From Amphiscolops sp. MND2022 (taxonomy: Eukaryota): a stretch of DNA of 64,000 nt. Of the stretch, positions 21,960-35,400 are shown in pieces (the stretch's first letter is position 1; the number at the start of each line of letters is the position of its first letter). The stretch lies in NCBI GenBank assembly GCA_964187785.1, contig OZ076412.1, positions 69,254,001 to 69,318,000 on the forward strand, read 5' to 3'. The notes under the pieces are model-generated. The model saw only the letters and a list, made by a program, of their open reading frames with translations. It had not been told where the DNA came from and ran no database searches. A program made the translations under genes and the position numbers.

Positions 21960-24900
21960 ATGGATCGAATGCTGGATAAACTGAAGGTGTTCGATGCCTA
22001 TCCGAAGACGCTGGAAGATTTCAGAATCAAGACTATTTCAGGTGGCATCGTCACTGCTATCAGTTCCATTGTTATGCTCTCTCTGTTCGCTTTAGAAGTC
22101 CAAGCTTACTTCAAACTGGACGTGAGACCGGAACTTACAGTTGATGTAGATAGAAGTAGCAGATTAGAAATACAGTGAGTTGATGAGTAATAATTACTAC
22201 ACTGCCGAGTCCAAAGCTCTTGAATTTGGCGTTAGAAGAAAATTGGCTATCAATGCCTATCGATATAGGCTTAATTACACTTGCGATAAGCAAGTGTTAT
22301 GGGAAAGTGCGGGTGCTTTTTTTTCCGCGCGGCAACTCGCACGTTTCACGCGTTCGTGGTCTAGTGGTAAGATGCTTGCTTTTCAACCCAGAGGTTTCGT
22401 GTTCGAACCCGTGGGTATGCGCTAATTTTTTTACAAGTATTCCGAAGCAGAAGGTTCTGACTTTTTTCGGCACTATGAGACTTTTCGGCTTTGTGAGACT
22501 TTTTTTCGAAATTTTTTGAATGTCCCCAAAGAGTCCTCCTTTCAATTTTTTTGATATTTTGCAAGAGAACGAATGTTAAAAAATCCCAAAGGGTCCCTTT
22601 TTTCAGAATTTTCGGCACTATGAGACTGTTCAAAATTCTAATTTTTTTCAAAAATTTTTTAGACTCCCTTATTTTTTCAAAAATTTTTAATGTCCCCGAA
22701 GCGTCCTCCTTTCAATTTTTTAATATCTTGCAACAGAACGAATGTTATAAAATCCTAAAGGGTCCCTTTTTCACATTTTTCGGCACTATGCGATTTAGCG
22801 GAAACTTCAGAAAAAATCGAAAAAAATTCGGAAATTTTCTCAATTTTTAGTTTTAAAAGACCGTTTTTTAAAAGACCGATCTTTTTTCTATGACGAAGTC
22901 AATGTGCATTGCAGTCCAGCTAAGAAAGTTTTTTTTTCCACAATAGTCAACTTCATAATGAGCGCTTTTTAGAATAAAGCCAAAACCCCAGAGATTCGAA
23001 CCTGCAGCCTCCCGATTGCACGACATAAGTGTTGACCACTGTGCCATAGAGACGTTATTGAACAAAGTTGAACTGTTGAATATATACCAATTGAACAAAG
23101 TTGAACTGTTGAATATATACGCATGCGATTAAAATAATATATATACGCATATTAAAATCTATGTCTTCGTCATGTGTTGCGAAGCACCGCTTCGCCTCTG
23201 TGTTTACAATTTGTTTTCACCGAAGCCCCTGCTTTTACAAGAAACGAAACGTTTTGCGAGAGGACTCCTCAAGGCTTTGCGACTTACCGGAGACCATCAA
23301 AATTGTTTTCGAAAAATTTTGAAATTTTTTTCTATTTTCTGTTTAAGGTTTTCCGTTGAGAAAGAATGGGTTTTTTGCTGTTTTCAGTTGGGGAAGAATG
23401 GTTTTCGAGGCTTATGTGTATCCCTTCGGGTATTTTTTGGCGCTGTAAAATTGATGAAATTTTAATCTCCTTTTACCCTTGGTTTTCCGTATGATATTGC
23501 TTATTTGGTTTTCTTCAAAAGTTCGCAAGTGTTTGCGAAGCACGGCTTCGCCTCTGTGTAGAATACGAAGAGGACAACATCGCATCTGTCCTGTAAATGG
23601 TTCAAACTTTTGGCTCTTCTCTGTTTTCCCTCACCACCAAAATTTTTGGAAAATCAGTGAAAATATAAAGTTTTGAATACAAACCAGAACCTTCAATTTT
23701 AATTTTATTTACCGCGTAACAGTTTAGAATTGAGATACAAACTTTGTTCACGCTATTTTTGCCTATGAAGTCACACATTCTTGATGAAATCAATAGCTTC
23801 CTATTTTGTGTCACAACAAACAGTGAATACGAATACAATCATAGTCAAAATGAGTGAAAAATATTTTGTTCAAACAAAAACTTTTCTAATAGACGTTAAC
23901 TTCCTGTTGTGCAAGAAAGGTTTACTTTTAATTTGGTTAGTCGGAAATTTTAAGGAAAATTTTCGCGGGGGACAGGAAAAAGCCAAAGTTTTTTGGCATC
24001 TGGGTCAACCTTGTTAATTCGGGTTTCTCGGATTTGATGATTGGAAAATTATTGTAAAATGATTATTCACATGATTCGTTTTAGCTTGAATATAACGTTC
24101 CCAAGAATGGCTTGCAAATTAGTGACCCTAGACGCTGTAGATGTTTCTGGAGAACAGCATTTCGACATCAGTCACGAAGTTTTCAAAACGAATTTAGGTT
24201 AGCACAAAAATCAGCTTGTGTTAAGTATAGTTTACCCGTTACAAATTGGGCACGTTAAAAATTATATTTTTTGCATCCTTTCAGTATATTCTGTTGAATG
24301 AAAAATAAAAAGGGACCGTGCGAGGCGAAACTATGTTGGTCTGCAAAGGGAATGATGGCCCAAAGTTCAAAGGGGCAATTTTATAACTGAAAGATGAGAT
24401 AGTGCCGCAGTGTCAGTAACGGTCCCCGTATATATAAATACTGAAAACCTCAACAAGTGGAGGACAGATTTACAAAACAAAACACCAAAAAATATTTAAA
24501 TGATCAAAAAACTGACGTTCGGGATATGCACCCATTTGGGATTGTCATAATTCACGACAGCCTTCCCTCCTGCACTGTTGCCGCAATGGAAGACTCGTTA
24601 AAAAAGAATGTTTGTATTTTAAAATTATAACTGGAACCTGTAGTCGTAGAACTAAGCGCTGTACCTCATCTTTAGTGAAGTAAGCAAATGAATTCCGCAA
24701 AAATAGCTAATTTATTCTAGAACTCATGCTCTACATATGATTCTGTTGTCGTTATGTACTATAGAAAAGTCTGTATCGTATTAATTCGTGCCAAACAAAT
24801 ACGCGTTCTTTTGTTCTACTCTCGGGTAAGTTTTTCCCCAATTTGTCTTTTCCCCATATCTGTCATTTTTCGTGTAGATGTAAACGGTAATGTAAAGAGG

Positions 24901-27900
24901 GAGAAGAAAGAGGAAATCAAAAAACTGCAGAGCAACAACATGACGGCTCTTGTCACTCCGAAGCCCTCTTGCGGCAGCTGTTACGGCGCGGAGTCAGATG
25001 TCTTCAAGTGCTGCAATACTTGCGAGGATGTCAAGAAAGCGTACTTTGCCAAGGGCTGGGCGTTGAAAGATTTCAGTGGAATCGCGCAGTGTGGCAAAGA
25101 GCAGGCGGAAGTCATTCCCGAGGAAGGCTGTCGAGTTGAAGGCACTCTGAAAGTCAGCAAAATAAGCGGAAGCTTCCATTTGGTTCCAGGTACATCGAAT
25201 TCGTTTTGATAGTTAACTTCTAATGCTGTTAATTTTTTTCCAAGTTACGAATTAGAACCGGGGTTAGCTTGAAGTCTTTAGATGAAGTTAAAAGTTTGTT
25301 GGGATAATCTGGATAATTTTTTGCTGCAAGTGTCGAAACAATTATAGAGACAATCTTCTAAGTATTTATAACCATATTAATTTCTTTCATTCGCCTAAGA
25401 AGTTTATTCAAGCATAACAGTTGCTTTCGTGTTGGGGAGGGGTAAGTAAGGCAGGGATGTTAAAAATTGAAAGGACAATTAAGTTGTAATAACAATTAAA
25501 TTATTGAAAGTATGACTGAGAAAAACACAATTATTGCAATAATTGTAATGTACAACTATCACAAGACAACTAAATTTAATAAAGTCTATAAACTGAGTTA
25601 AAGAAACTGCTGGACGTCTTCGGGTGTCCACAATTGGCGGTTGGCTTGCAGGAACATCTGACTTTCAATGTTCATTGGAAGGAGTCGTTTTCTGTTATCA
25701 GTATACACGTTCCGAACTTTACTGAAAAATCGCTCGGCTATGTTGGATGTTGGCTTAATCCATTTTAAAGTACCAAATTCACCCTCATCCAACTTTTGCC
25801 GTTTAGCCTGAAGAATAGTTTCAGCGAAACTGGCTGAAGACTGAGCTGCTTGAGGTACGCGCACCTTTTGGAAACACTGGAAGTAAAAGGTAATCTTGAG
25901 TTCGAGCGTGACATTTGCTGCTCATAATCAGGTGTACATCGGCTTAGGTGATTCGCCAAATTCACATATCCACAGGGAGGTATCCTGTTTAACAGTCTTT
26001 CCACATCTGCAACGAAATTCCGTGGAAGCAGTTTTTTTCAAAAAAATGCTCCACAATTTGCTTGCTTTTAAAGACCATGTCTTCTACCAAAAAGCCTGAA
26101 TAATAAATAACTCAAGTTCTAGTGACTAATTTGTAACAATTTATATAAACAAAGTAATAAAGTGATACTTTGATATTTCTGAGAAATATGTGTGTCAATT
26201 ATTAGTTTTGAATACACAATAATTGAAATTTTATTTACTTCAACAAAACACAATTTACATATATGTAATTGCAATAATTGTACCACACAATAATTATTTT
26301 AACATCCCTGAAGTAAGGTGTATCGGGGGATAAGAAACATGGTCAATCAAAAAAGATTGGCTGTTCAGTAGTGTGTATAACGAGCCGTGTTGTTTGTTTA
26401 GGTTCTAGTTATGAGCAGTCTCATGCGCACGTACATGACTTCCAGAAAATAGCCAACCGCGAGTTCAACTCTACGCACATGATCCACCATCTCTCCTTCG
26501 GACACATATACCCAGACATGCACAATCCTCTAGGTAGATAACATACGTGCTTGGATTGTACAGATTTCAATTTCCACCACTTTGAATTATTACTCCGAAT
26601 GTAGATTTCATCTGCGACTAAGTTCATGCTACATGTACCAGCAGCTTATGTTTGGAAAATGTCGTAAAGTGGTTTCGAAGGGGCCTATTCATACAGCAGA
26701 ATTCAAATTACTAACTTTTAGTGCTGTTACAGCTAATATGTATGGAACTTGAATTCTTTAAAAGGTTAGCATATTTGTTGTATGGCTCGGTCGCTTCGCT
26801 TCCTTCGCCAAGTAGCAACATTGAGGCATGGCCATATGGCACGTCGCTTCGCTTCGTTCCTGCATTTAGGGGACTAGAGGTATGTGAGCATACCTGGCTA
26901 CGTTATAATAATAATTCCGACAAAATCCGACACGCGTTTTCGACTTAGTGAATTCGATTCGGTTTCAAATTTCAGCCAATCAGATTGCAGCATAAACAAA
27001 TATTCTGCTGTATGGGACCGAATTTTCATTTTCTGCTGTGTGGGAATTCCCCGTTTCGAAAAGATTTTGTTTTAAACTCAGTTCAATTCAGGTTCTTTGT
27101 TTTATTTCTTTATGGTCCGTACAACACAGTAAATAATATTCAAAATAATAGTTGACACCAGTTAAAATACAAGTCTATTAAGTAAGAGTTTATCTGAGTT
27201 CTTTTACCAGATAGCCGTGATTGTAACCGAACAGGATTATAGCCGCTTGAGATTTTAACCGAATCTACATTTGACTTGCTAGATCTTTCATTTTTCGGAC
27301 TACATGTAAGTGTTACATAATAGTTACGAAATTGAAGCTTCTTTCTCTAGTGGTTTAACCAATTACAATTGAGAATTCAATTCTATTCGGCCAAGATACC
27401 ATTCGTCTTTAATCTCGTTCGACTATAATCCATACCACCCTTTTACCGGTCATCGGTAACGTGCATTGGAAGTTTCTATTCTTCGGTATTATATAACCGA
27501 ATCTTGGAACCAATTAATTAAAGTAGCTTCTTCGGTAGCGAGCGGTAGTTGTTTACCGAATAACAACAAGTGACGATGACGTCACCACAGAAAACCTGGA
27601 TAATTATTAGTGTTTATTTATGTTTAATCGAATGAGCGATTTGTGTCTAACAAAAATAGTTCTCAGCTGGGTTTTGACATCTTTAATACCGTTTTCGCAA
27701 ATCACTAAACCGCTGATTTGAAGTTGGCTGATGTGCGGGCAAATTTTTTCAATAATCAAATCGCTGAAAATTTCATCGGGGTTGGTAAATATTTTATTAG
27801 CGGTGTCAAAACTCTTTTCTCAGATATTTGAGTAATTTTGGATTGTACACATTTATTATAAGTCACGGGTTTCGAATTTAGAAAATCACTTGAGCTGCAT

Positions 27901-29145
27901 CTATGTGGTTTAGAAGTTGACTCGTGTAGGTTTTTAAAATTGCCTTGTTTGTGTAGACAACACTTATGAGGTCTCGTCTGAGATGAACTTGATGCACACC
28001 TACTACGTGAAACTGGTACCCACGACCTACATATCCTTGAAGGGATCTCCACTTAGCACCCACCAGTACTCAGTCACTAAGCACGAAGCCAAGATCAACT
28101 TCGCTGCTCTCACCAATGGGCTTCCAGGAGTCTTTATCCAGTACGAGTTCTCGCCCATAATGGTCAAACTCAGAGAGACTCCTCAGAGTTTTGGTTAGTT
28201 TTTTCGGTTGCAATGAAAGGATCTGCTGCTTGTGAAAACGTTTCATTCGACTGATTCTCACCGAACATTTTCCAAAGCTGAAATCATCAGTTCGAATCGT
28301 GTTTACTTTGTTGGCAGTGGCGTCTAAGATGCCTTATTTTGAGAGATATTTCATTTGTAGTAGGAATTTTTTACTTAATACCTGCGTTTGTTTATCCAGT
28401 ATGCTCCTGCCAATTGCAGTTTGGGTCAATTTTGACGTTCGTGATCCAGATGGGCAAAGTACACCCTCTGTCGGGCAGTATATCGAACTTTGTACTGAAT
28501 ATGCCATAAAACACTAACTTTTGAAAGACAAAAATTGACCTCTCTGGATTTTTCGGCATTGTGCGACTTTCCAAAGGGTCTCCTCCTCGCTGAATTTTGA
28601 AGAAGAAAGTTCTTATCCATCTGATTTCTTTGCAAATCGTGAAAAACACTCGCTAAATTTTGATTATTTATTTCAAGTGCGAATGATCAATTGCTTTGGC
28701 TCGAATGAAATCTATTGAGAGGCTATCTTGCCGTGAAATGTAAAGAGTCAATCTTTGCCTACCAATTCAATAGTGAAGCTGAAAAACATCATTTAATGGA
28801 AGAAAAGTTCATTTTGAGGTATTTTTGCTCTAAGGTGCCGAGACGAAACGGCAAATATAATGAAATACTTAGCAGTCTTTTTGAATATTTCACGAACATT
28901 TCCATGTATTCAAATTCAAATAGTTCGAATTGTTTGAATATTATTGAAAATTTAACAACCCTGAATGTTACATCTACAAATGTACTTAATCATTCAACCA
29001 CCAATTTGTTTCAGGTCACCTTTTAACTGCTCTCTGCTCCATCATCGGAGGAGTGTTCACAGTAGCCAGTCTTCTGGATGCCTTCATCTTCCAAACGAGT
29101 CGAGTTGTGAACAGAAAATTGGACATAGGAAAATTTTCTCACTAG
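21960..29145 (+). CDS. ERGIC3: Endoplasmic reticulum-Golgi intermediate compartment protein 3 (Erv46 family), 6 coding exons
   Basis: Exons 21960-22174, 24085-24197, 24878-25189, 26402-26533, 27957-28193, 29015-29145. Motifs KLKVFDAYPKTLEDFRIKT, CGSCYGAE...CCNTCEDV, SHAHVHD, GLPGVFIQYEFSP and SIIGGVFTVA. Confidence 0.95.
22277..23559 (+). mobile_element. HINE family 4 composite with a tRNA-like cassette and tandem 3' ends
   Basis: subTIRs ACACTTGCGA / TCGCAAGTGT, 3' hairpin GCGAAGC-ACG-GCTTCGC plus CTCTGTGT. An extra 3' end lies at ~23178-23203. Paralogous to 33162-35152. Confidence 0.7.
25452..26310 (-). mobile_element. Internally deleted hAT DNA transposon retaining a BED-like N-terminus fused to the C-terminal dimerisation region
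   Basis: TIR CAGGGATGTTAAAA at both ends with a perfect 8-bp TSD AAGTAAGG. The minus strand encodes FRCRCGKTVKQ..GYVNLANHLSRC (frameshifted) and PTSNIAERFFSKVRNVYTDNRKRLLPMNIESQMFLQANRQLW. Confidence 0.9.
26680..27052. mobile_element. Merlin-like MITE (GG...CC ends, 8-bp TSD) carrying the shared ~150-bp core
   Basis: Perfect TSD GTTTCGAA at 26672-26679 and 27053-27060. Imperfect TIR ggggcctattcatacagcagaa / ttctgctgtgtgggaattcccc. Core at ~26764-26925. Confidence 0.75.
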
Positions 29146-30261
29146 CTTTATCTTTTGACCTAGCACTTGTCTGTTTAGACGCATCAGGTCATCGCAGGCG
29201 ACTGGATACTGGTGACAGTCGTGCTATCGTTATTTGGGGTTGAATTTTGTGTATGTATTATCAGCTGAAAGTTTATGAAAAACACTGGCGAATCATTTTG
29301 TGTATGTTCGTTGCTTCTTATCTTTCGTTGTACAAACAATCACTTTTCAGGTTTTTTTCTGACAATGTTGTAAATTTTTCCATTTCTAAATTTTAATTTT
29401 GATTATTTGTTTTAAAAATTGCTCATTGGTTTGAAGTTGCCTATATACATACGATATTATATTGCATATAAATTTTGAAAAAGTTGCTTTTTTGGATTTT
29501 CAACATGAAACGAACCTAGCTTCTGCATATTGTATTCATTCAAAAATAGGGGGTGCTCTCAATTTTTGACCGCTCGAAAGTCGATGAAAACCAGCTCTTC
29601 TCTGGTATAACGTATTTCTTCTGCATCTTGCAATGAACATTTGTTTTCCTGCTAGATATTTTACGGATTTTGACAAATGAGAAGGTAATTACTTAGTAAG
29701 GCGTCATTTCCAATGTCTCTAGTACTTTCCGGGCCCAAAAACAGACATTTTTGAAAGTGGCATTAATCCGATCGTTCAAAATTCCAACAATTACCAAAAC
29801 CGCGTATGAATCAAAATCTATGCAGTATCACAATTCCAAAATGAGAAACAGAGACAAAAACCTTTTTTACATGTTAAGCTATGGAGGAGAAGATTTATTT
29901 GATAATATTGGTGATTCACCATTTTCCAGTTACCTTATCATTAACCTAAAGCAGTTTTACCGCTCCAGCTTCAGTTTGTTTTTCACGCTCCATTTTATTG
30001 AGCAAAAATTTACAAGACACTTTCTAATGTTAACCCTCGGTAGCTGAGCACTGCAGAGGAGAGTAATCGCTGACGCGGGCCTGAGGTGCCCAGCCCTTCA
30101 GTCCCGGACATTTAAGTCCCTCAAAAACAAACATTTTACTCCCAAGCTTTTTAGTGCCGATACTAATTACTTAAATACAAAAGTAATATTCTAATATTCT
30201 GAAAAAAATGTCATGTTGAATATTTTGTTTCCAATTGGCGTTTTTGATCGAAAACGTGACT

Positions 30262-30600
30262 CTATGTGTGACTTGTTTTAAGACCAACGAACTGACAAAA
30301 TTTCTATAAGCATTTCTATAAATTGCTGTAGTACCGTAGTGGATTAGAGCTCTGAAGCAAGGCTGCGTTTGCGCGGATTCGAATCTCAGACTGCACAATT
30401 TTCGCAGACTATTTTTTTGAAGCCTTTGGGTTTTTTTCCGGCGCCCTGCGAAAATATTTCAATTTCATCAAATGGTGCCCCCTTCAGATTTTGAAGTTTT
30501 GGGTTCGGAAAAAGTTTACCGAGCCTAAATTTTTTGGGTTTTTCGGCACTACGCGACTTTTAAAAAAAATTGAAAATGGGTTTTCCTGATGTTCCCAGTT
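30262..30600 (+). mobile_element. Truncated HINE family 1 with a tRNA-like cassette
   Basis: gtgacttgttttaagaccaacgaactgac block, then an A-box-like sequence (~30330) and B-box gattcgaatct (30376). End coordinate approximate. Confidence 0.6.
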
Positions 30601-30869
30601 CGGGAAAAATTATATTGCATTGGCTATTTTGTCACTGTAAAAATTGGCTGTTTTTTGTCTCAATGAAATCAGCTGTTTTTCCCGCACTCAGAAATATCTT
30701 TTGGCACTTTACTTGACATCAACATTTTTCAGAAAGCGCCTTTTGCAACTCACAAGAAAACGATTGAGCGCTTAATAGATTCCGTATCAATAGTGATGTA
30801 CAATTTAATCAGGTAATACACGCTTGCTACTTTCGCGAGACTCCAATGTCTGGGATTGAAATGCCTTCG

Positions 30870-31393
30870 TTTTTATTATTTCTGCGATAGCAGGAATAAT
30901 ATTGAAATCTGAACTTCCCAACTTTTTTCTGTCAACTTTTCGTAAGCGAGTCGAGTACCTATTGAAAAATTCAGATATTTTGTTCGGCAGTGATTATAAG
31001 CGTGAGAATTAACTTTCTCAAGCTGCCGACGACAATTCAATTCTCGTGCGATGGAACGAGCGAGTGGTAATTAATCATTTTTACGCTGACGTCATTGACT
31101 TTATGCTTTCGTATGCTTTTCGAGTTATTGAGATGTTAATTATGAGTGAATGAGTGTTAATTATTCGTTAGCCGAGAGCTTCGCCTGTATTCAAATGCGA
31201 ATGCGAAACTTCTTCTACGCTTTGTAGTTGCATTTACTTTAGTCTGAGATTTAAAGGCGGTATAAACTGGTACAGTGAATAATTTTGCGCTAAATAATGA
31301 TCAAACCGGAGTGTATTGCTATTCCAGATATGATTCTATTATCAATGAAAGATGAAAGCAGATATAATAGTGTGCCCCGGAGGGGCCTATTTT
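30870..31393 (+). mobile_element. HINE family 2, copy 2
   Basis: Same subTIRs as 13486-13980 and a GCCCC-GGA-GGGGC hairpin. Confidence 0.75.
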
Positions 31394-32444
31394 GAACTGA
31401 ATTGTATTGGAAAGAAATATGCGGAACTTTTACTTTGTAAGCTTTCGATTATGAGTTCGCTTTTTCAGTCCCCCCTACTTGTCTTTCATGACCTATGTCA
31501 CCGGAATTCAAAATCAAAATAGTCTACAAAGCTTCCGAACAACTGTTTGAAAATCTCTATGAAATTGATTTTAGCATTGAGATAAAATGAGAAGGTTGAA
31601 AGCCAAGATGAATTAGATAGAAAGGTTTCATGATCTGCACAAATGTCAGTATCTAGAAATGAAGTGGAGTTTTGTTATTCATTATAAGAGATGCACCTGA
31701 CAGGACTGATTGAAGCCAGATACCGGCCGGATCGAACATTATCCTCAATTATAAGCAATGACAGACTATTCTAGAATTGTTTTGTGTGTATAACGAAAAA
31801 CAAGAGTTTTGCTCCAAAATAGGGAGAAAGTTATTATGTATTTTCTTCAACATCAAATTGTTGGAAATTCCAAAAGTCGCAATAAATGCATGATTAGTGT
31901 CGAATTCCAAAAACATTTTCAATTTTTTTTACAGTGTTATCAATTGAAAGTTAACTTTCGTTAGATTCAGATCCTGTGTTTATAGGAGAGAAATTATATC
32001 AAAAGTAGGAAAAACATGGCACTTTTTTGAAGAAATTAAAGATATGTTTTCTGAAAATAGATCCAGTCGTTTTCTTTCAAATAAAGAAGATTAATAGATG
32101 ATTGCCACATGTTGAATGAATCAATTGAACCAGTTTTTACTCTGAAGGTTTTTGCCTCCAGTTCCTTCATGATGTCCAAATATTTTGGATTTATAAATTC
32201 AAATTTTGGCTGTTCCAAACAGTTTTCATCTGAGATATGCGATCATTTGCTAAGATATTTGCCCGGCCGGATTCCGTTAAAAGTCCGGCCGGATATTTTT
32301 ATGAAATCGACCGGATATCGGACCTGACTTGATGTCCGGTACACCCCTAATATAACTGCTAGTAGTGGAACAATATAAAAGTGTTTATATTCGCAGTAAT
32401 TTTGACGTTAAGGGGCTTTTGTCAAGGTAGCACAACTGTTTTAG

Positions 32445-35400
32445 ATGAGTTTGTTGAGGAGATTGATGCCTCCTTTTGCAGGGCGTCAAGATATTGTTAC
32501 GAGGAGGTCAGTGGGGGCCAGTGTTGTTTTGAGTAGGGGCACCAGTAGATGCCATTTTTGCCACCATTCTACCCTCACCTGCTGCAGTTTGTCTAACCCA
32601 CCCACCTATACACAGCTCAAACCCTCTATTGTTGCATTGCGAAAGCTGAGCAAGTTATCTTATCAAGAAGACGAGTTGTATGACAAGTCTTATATCACCT
32701 TTTTGAAGAAGGAGAACGAAAACCATAATATCATCACATCTTTTTCTAATCATGGATTCAAATTGAATGATACAAATGAAGTGAGTTGCTTTTTTTGTTT
32801 TCTAGTCAATTGCGATGGTGAAATATTAAATAGCATTAGTTTGTCTATTTTTACAAATTAACGGTGGACACTAGATTTGTCTTGTTTTTACCAGGTGATA
32901 CTTCATTTATTCATATATATTGTGTTTATGGGTAATTTTTATGGGTATTTATGTACACGATTGGAGAGAGTCGGAATGAAAAAGACCTAAGCCGACTCCT
33001 TTACCGCATATGCGGCTCTGGTTTAAAGACAGGTGTTTTTTCTATGCCATACAATTTTAATCGAAGCCCCCCCTCAAATTTTACTAGAAATGAAACGTTT
33101 TGCGAGCATAAAGGACTGCTCAAGGTTTTCGGCACTATGCGACTTACCGGAGACCTTCATTACACTTGCGATAAGCAAGTGTTATGGGAAAGTGCGGGTG
33201 CTTTTTTTTCCGCGCGACAACTCTCTGATTTCACGCGGCAACTCGCACGTTTCACGCGTTCGTGGTCTAGTGGTAAGATGCTTGCTTTTCAACCCAGAGG
33301 TTTCGTGTTCGAACCCGTGGGTATGCGCTAATTTTTTCACAAGTATTCCGAAGCAGAAGGTTCTGACTTTTTTCGGCACTATGAGACTTTTCGGCTTTGT
33401 GAGACTTTTTTTCGGCTTTGTGAGACTTTTTTTCGAAATTTTTTAAATGTCCCCAAAGCGTCCTCCTTTCAATTTTTAGGAGTCGGAAAAAATTTTCGAC
33501 TACTTATGCAATCGTGCTGTTTTTTTTTCTCCCGACCTTTTCATGAAAATTTCAAATTTCTCAAAAACTGTCCATACGATTTTCACGAAATTTTGCACAG
33601 TCATTCTACACCCAAAGGGGCCCCTGCGTGTGCAAAGGCATCAAAATCGTATGGCCTGGATGTGAGAAACATAGCCAAAATTAGCCCAAAAGTGGCCAAA
33701 AAACAGCCATTTTTCGACTTTTTTCGATTTTCTCAAAAACTGTCCATACGATTCGAACGAAATTTTCTACAGTTATTCTACACCATATTAGAGTCCTATA
33801 TGTGCAATGGCATCAAAATCGTACGGCTGGGATGTGAGAAACATAGCCAAAACTAGCCCAAAAATGGCCAAAAAACAGCCATTTTTCGACTTTTTTCGAT
33901 TTTCTCAAAAACTGTCCATACGATTCGAATGAAATTTTCTACAGTTATTCTACACCATATTAGAGTCCTATATGTGCAGTGGCATCAAAATCGTTTGGCT
34001 GGGATGTGAGAAACATAGCCAAAATTAGCCCAAAAATGGCCAAAAAACAGTCATTTTTCGATTTTTTTTCGATTTTCTCAAAAACTGTCCATACGATTCG
34101 AACGAAATTTTCTACAGTCATTCTACACCATATTATGGTCCTTTATGTGCAATTTCATTAAATTCGTATGGCTGAGATGTGAGAAACATAGCCAAATTTA
34201 GCCCAAAAATGGCCAAAAAACAGTCATTTTTCGATTTTTTTTTCGATTTTTTCACAAACTGTTCATACGATTCGAACGAAAGCGAGTCAGAAGGAAAAAG
34301 ACTTAAGCCGACTCCTTTACCGCATATGCGGCTCTGGTTTGATATCTTGCAACAGAACGAATGTTATAAAATCCTAAAGGGTCCCTTTTTCACATTTTTC
34401 GGCACTATGCGACTTAGCGGAAACTTCAAAAAAATTCGAAAAAATTCGGAATTTTTTTTCTCAATTTTTAGTTTTAAAAGACCGTTTTTTTAAAGGCCGA
34501 TCTTTTTTCTATGCGACTTTTTTAAAATTTGTTTTCACCGAAGCCCCTGCTCAATTTTTACTAGAAACGAAACGTTTTGCGAGAGGACTCCTCAAGGCTT
34601 TGCGACTTACCGGAGACCATCAAAAATGTTTTCGAAAAATTTTGAAATATTTTTTCTTCTATTTTCTGTTTAGGGTTTTCCGTTGAGAAAGAATGGGTTT
34701 TTTGCTGTTTTCAGTTGGGGAAGAATGGTTTTCGAGGCTTACGCGTATCCCTTCGGGTATTTTTTGGCGCTGTAAAATTAATGAAATTTTAATCTCCTTT
34801 TACCCTTGGTTTTCCGTATGATATTGCTTATTTGGTTTTCTTCAAAAGTTCGCAAGTGTTTGCGAAGCACGGCTTCGCCTCTGTGTCAAAAATTTTTCGA
34901 AAAATTTCCTCAATTTTCTGTTTTTTGAAAGGTTTTTGGAGAATGATGGGTTTTTTGCTGTTTCCAGTTGCGGAAGAATTGTTTTCGAGATTTATGCGTA
35001 TCCATTCTGGTATTTTTGGCGCTGTAAAATAGATGAAATTTTAACAATGTTCTTTTTCCTTGGTTCTCTGTATGATATTGCTTATTTGGTTTTCTTCAAA
35101 AGTTCGCAACTTTCTTCGCAAGTGTTTGCGAAGCACGGCTTCGCCTCTGTGTATAATATTCTCCTATTAGTGAAATATTTTTGTTCAAGAACAAAATGTG
35201 CTTTCGTGTTGGGGGGGGATTCCCAACAAAGTGTACCTGGGGGATTAGATGACATGGTCCTATTTATGTTACCAGACAAAACCGCCCCAATCAAAGGCTA
35301 TAGGGGATTATAAGTTTTCGTTTTGAAACAACACGTTGACAATTTGCTGCATTAGTAAATTTGTATATTTTGTTCAGAAATGCTTAAGATAGAAATCTAA

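Noticed and set aside
22347-22420. tRNA genes here and at 9640, 13093, 22985, 30325, 33256, 46850, 55525 and 58177
   Set aside because: A/B boxes are present but acceptor, anticodon and T stems do not pair; treated as tRNA-derived cassettes or SINE heads.
22180-23465. Many Phe/Lys-rich ORFs (FFGTMRL..., LRYGADLGRSRLV-type peptides), also at 33033-34493, 57610-58183 and 60466-60831
   Set aside because: They recur because they are translations of HINE repeats; there are no splice or homology signals.
32036-32232. Minus-strand exon-like frame DENCLEQPKFEFINPKYLDIMKELEAK...
   Set aside because: No upstream exon fits before the NDUFAF3 start and no family is recognised; left unannotated.
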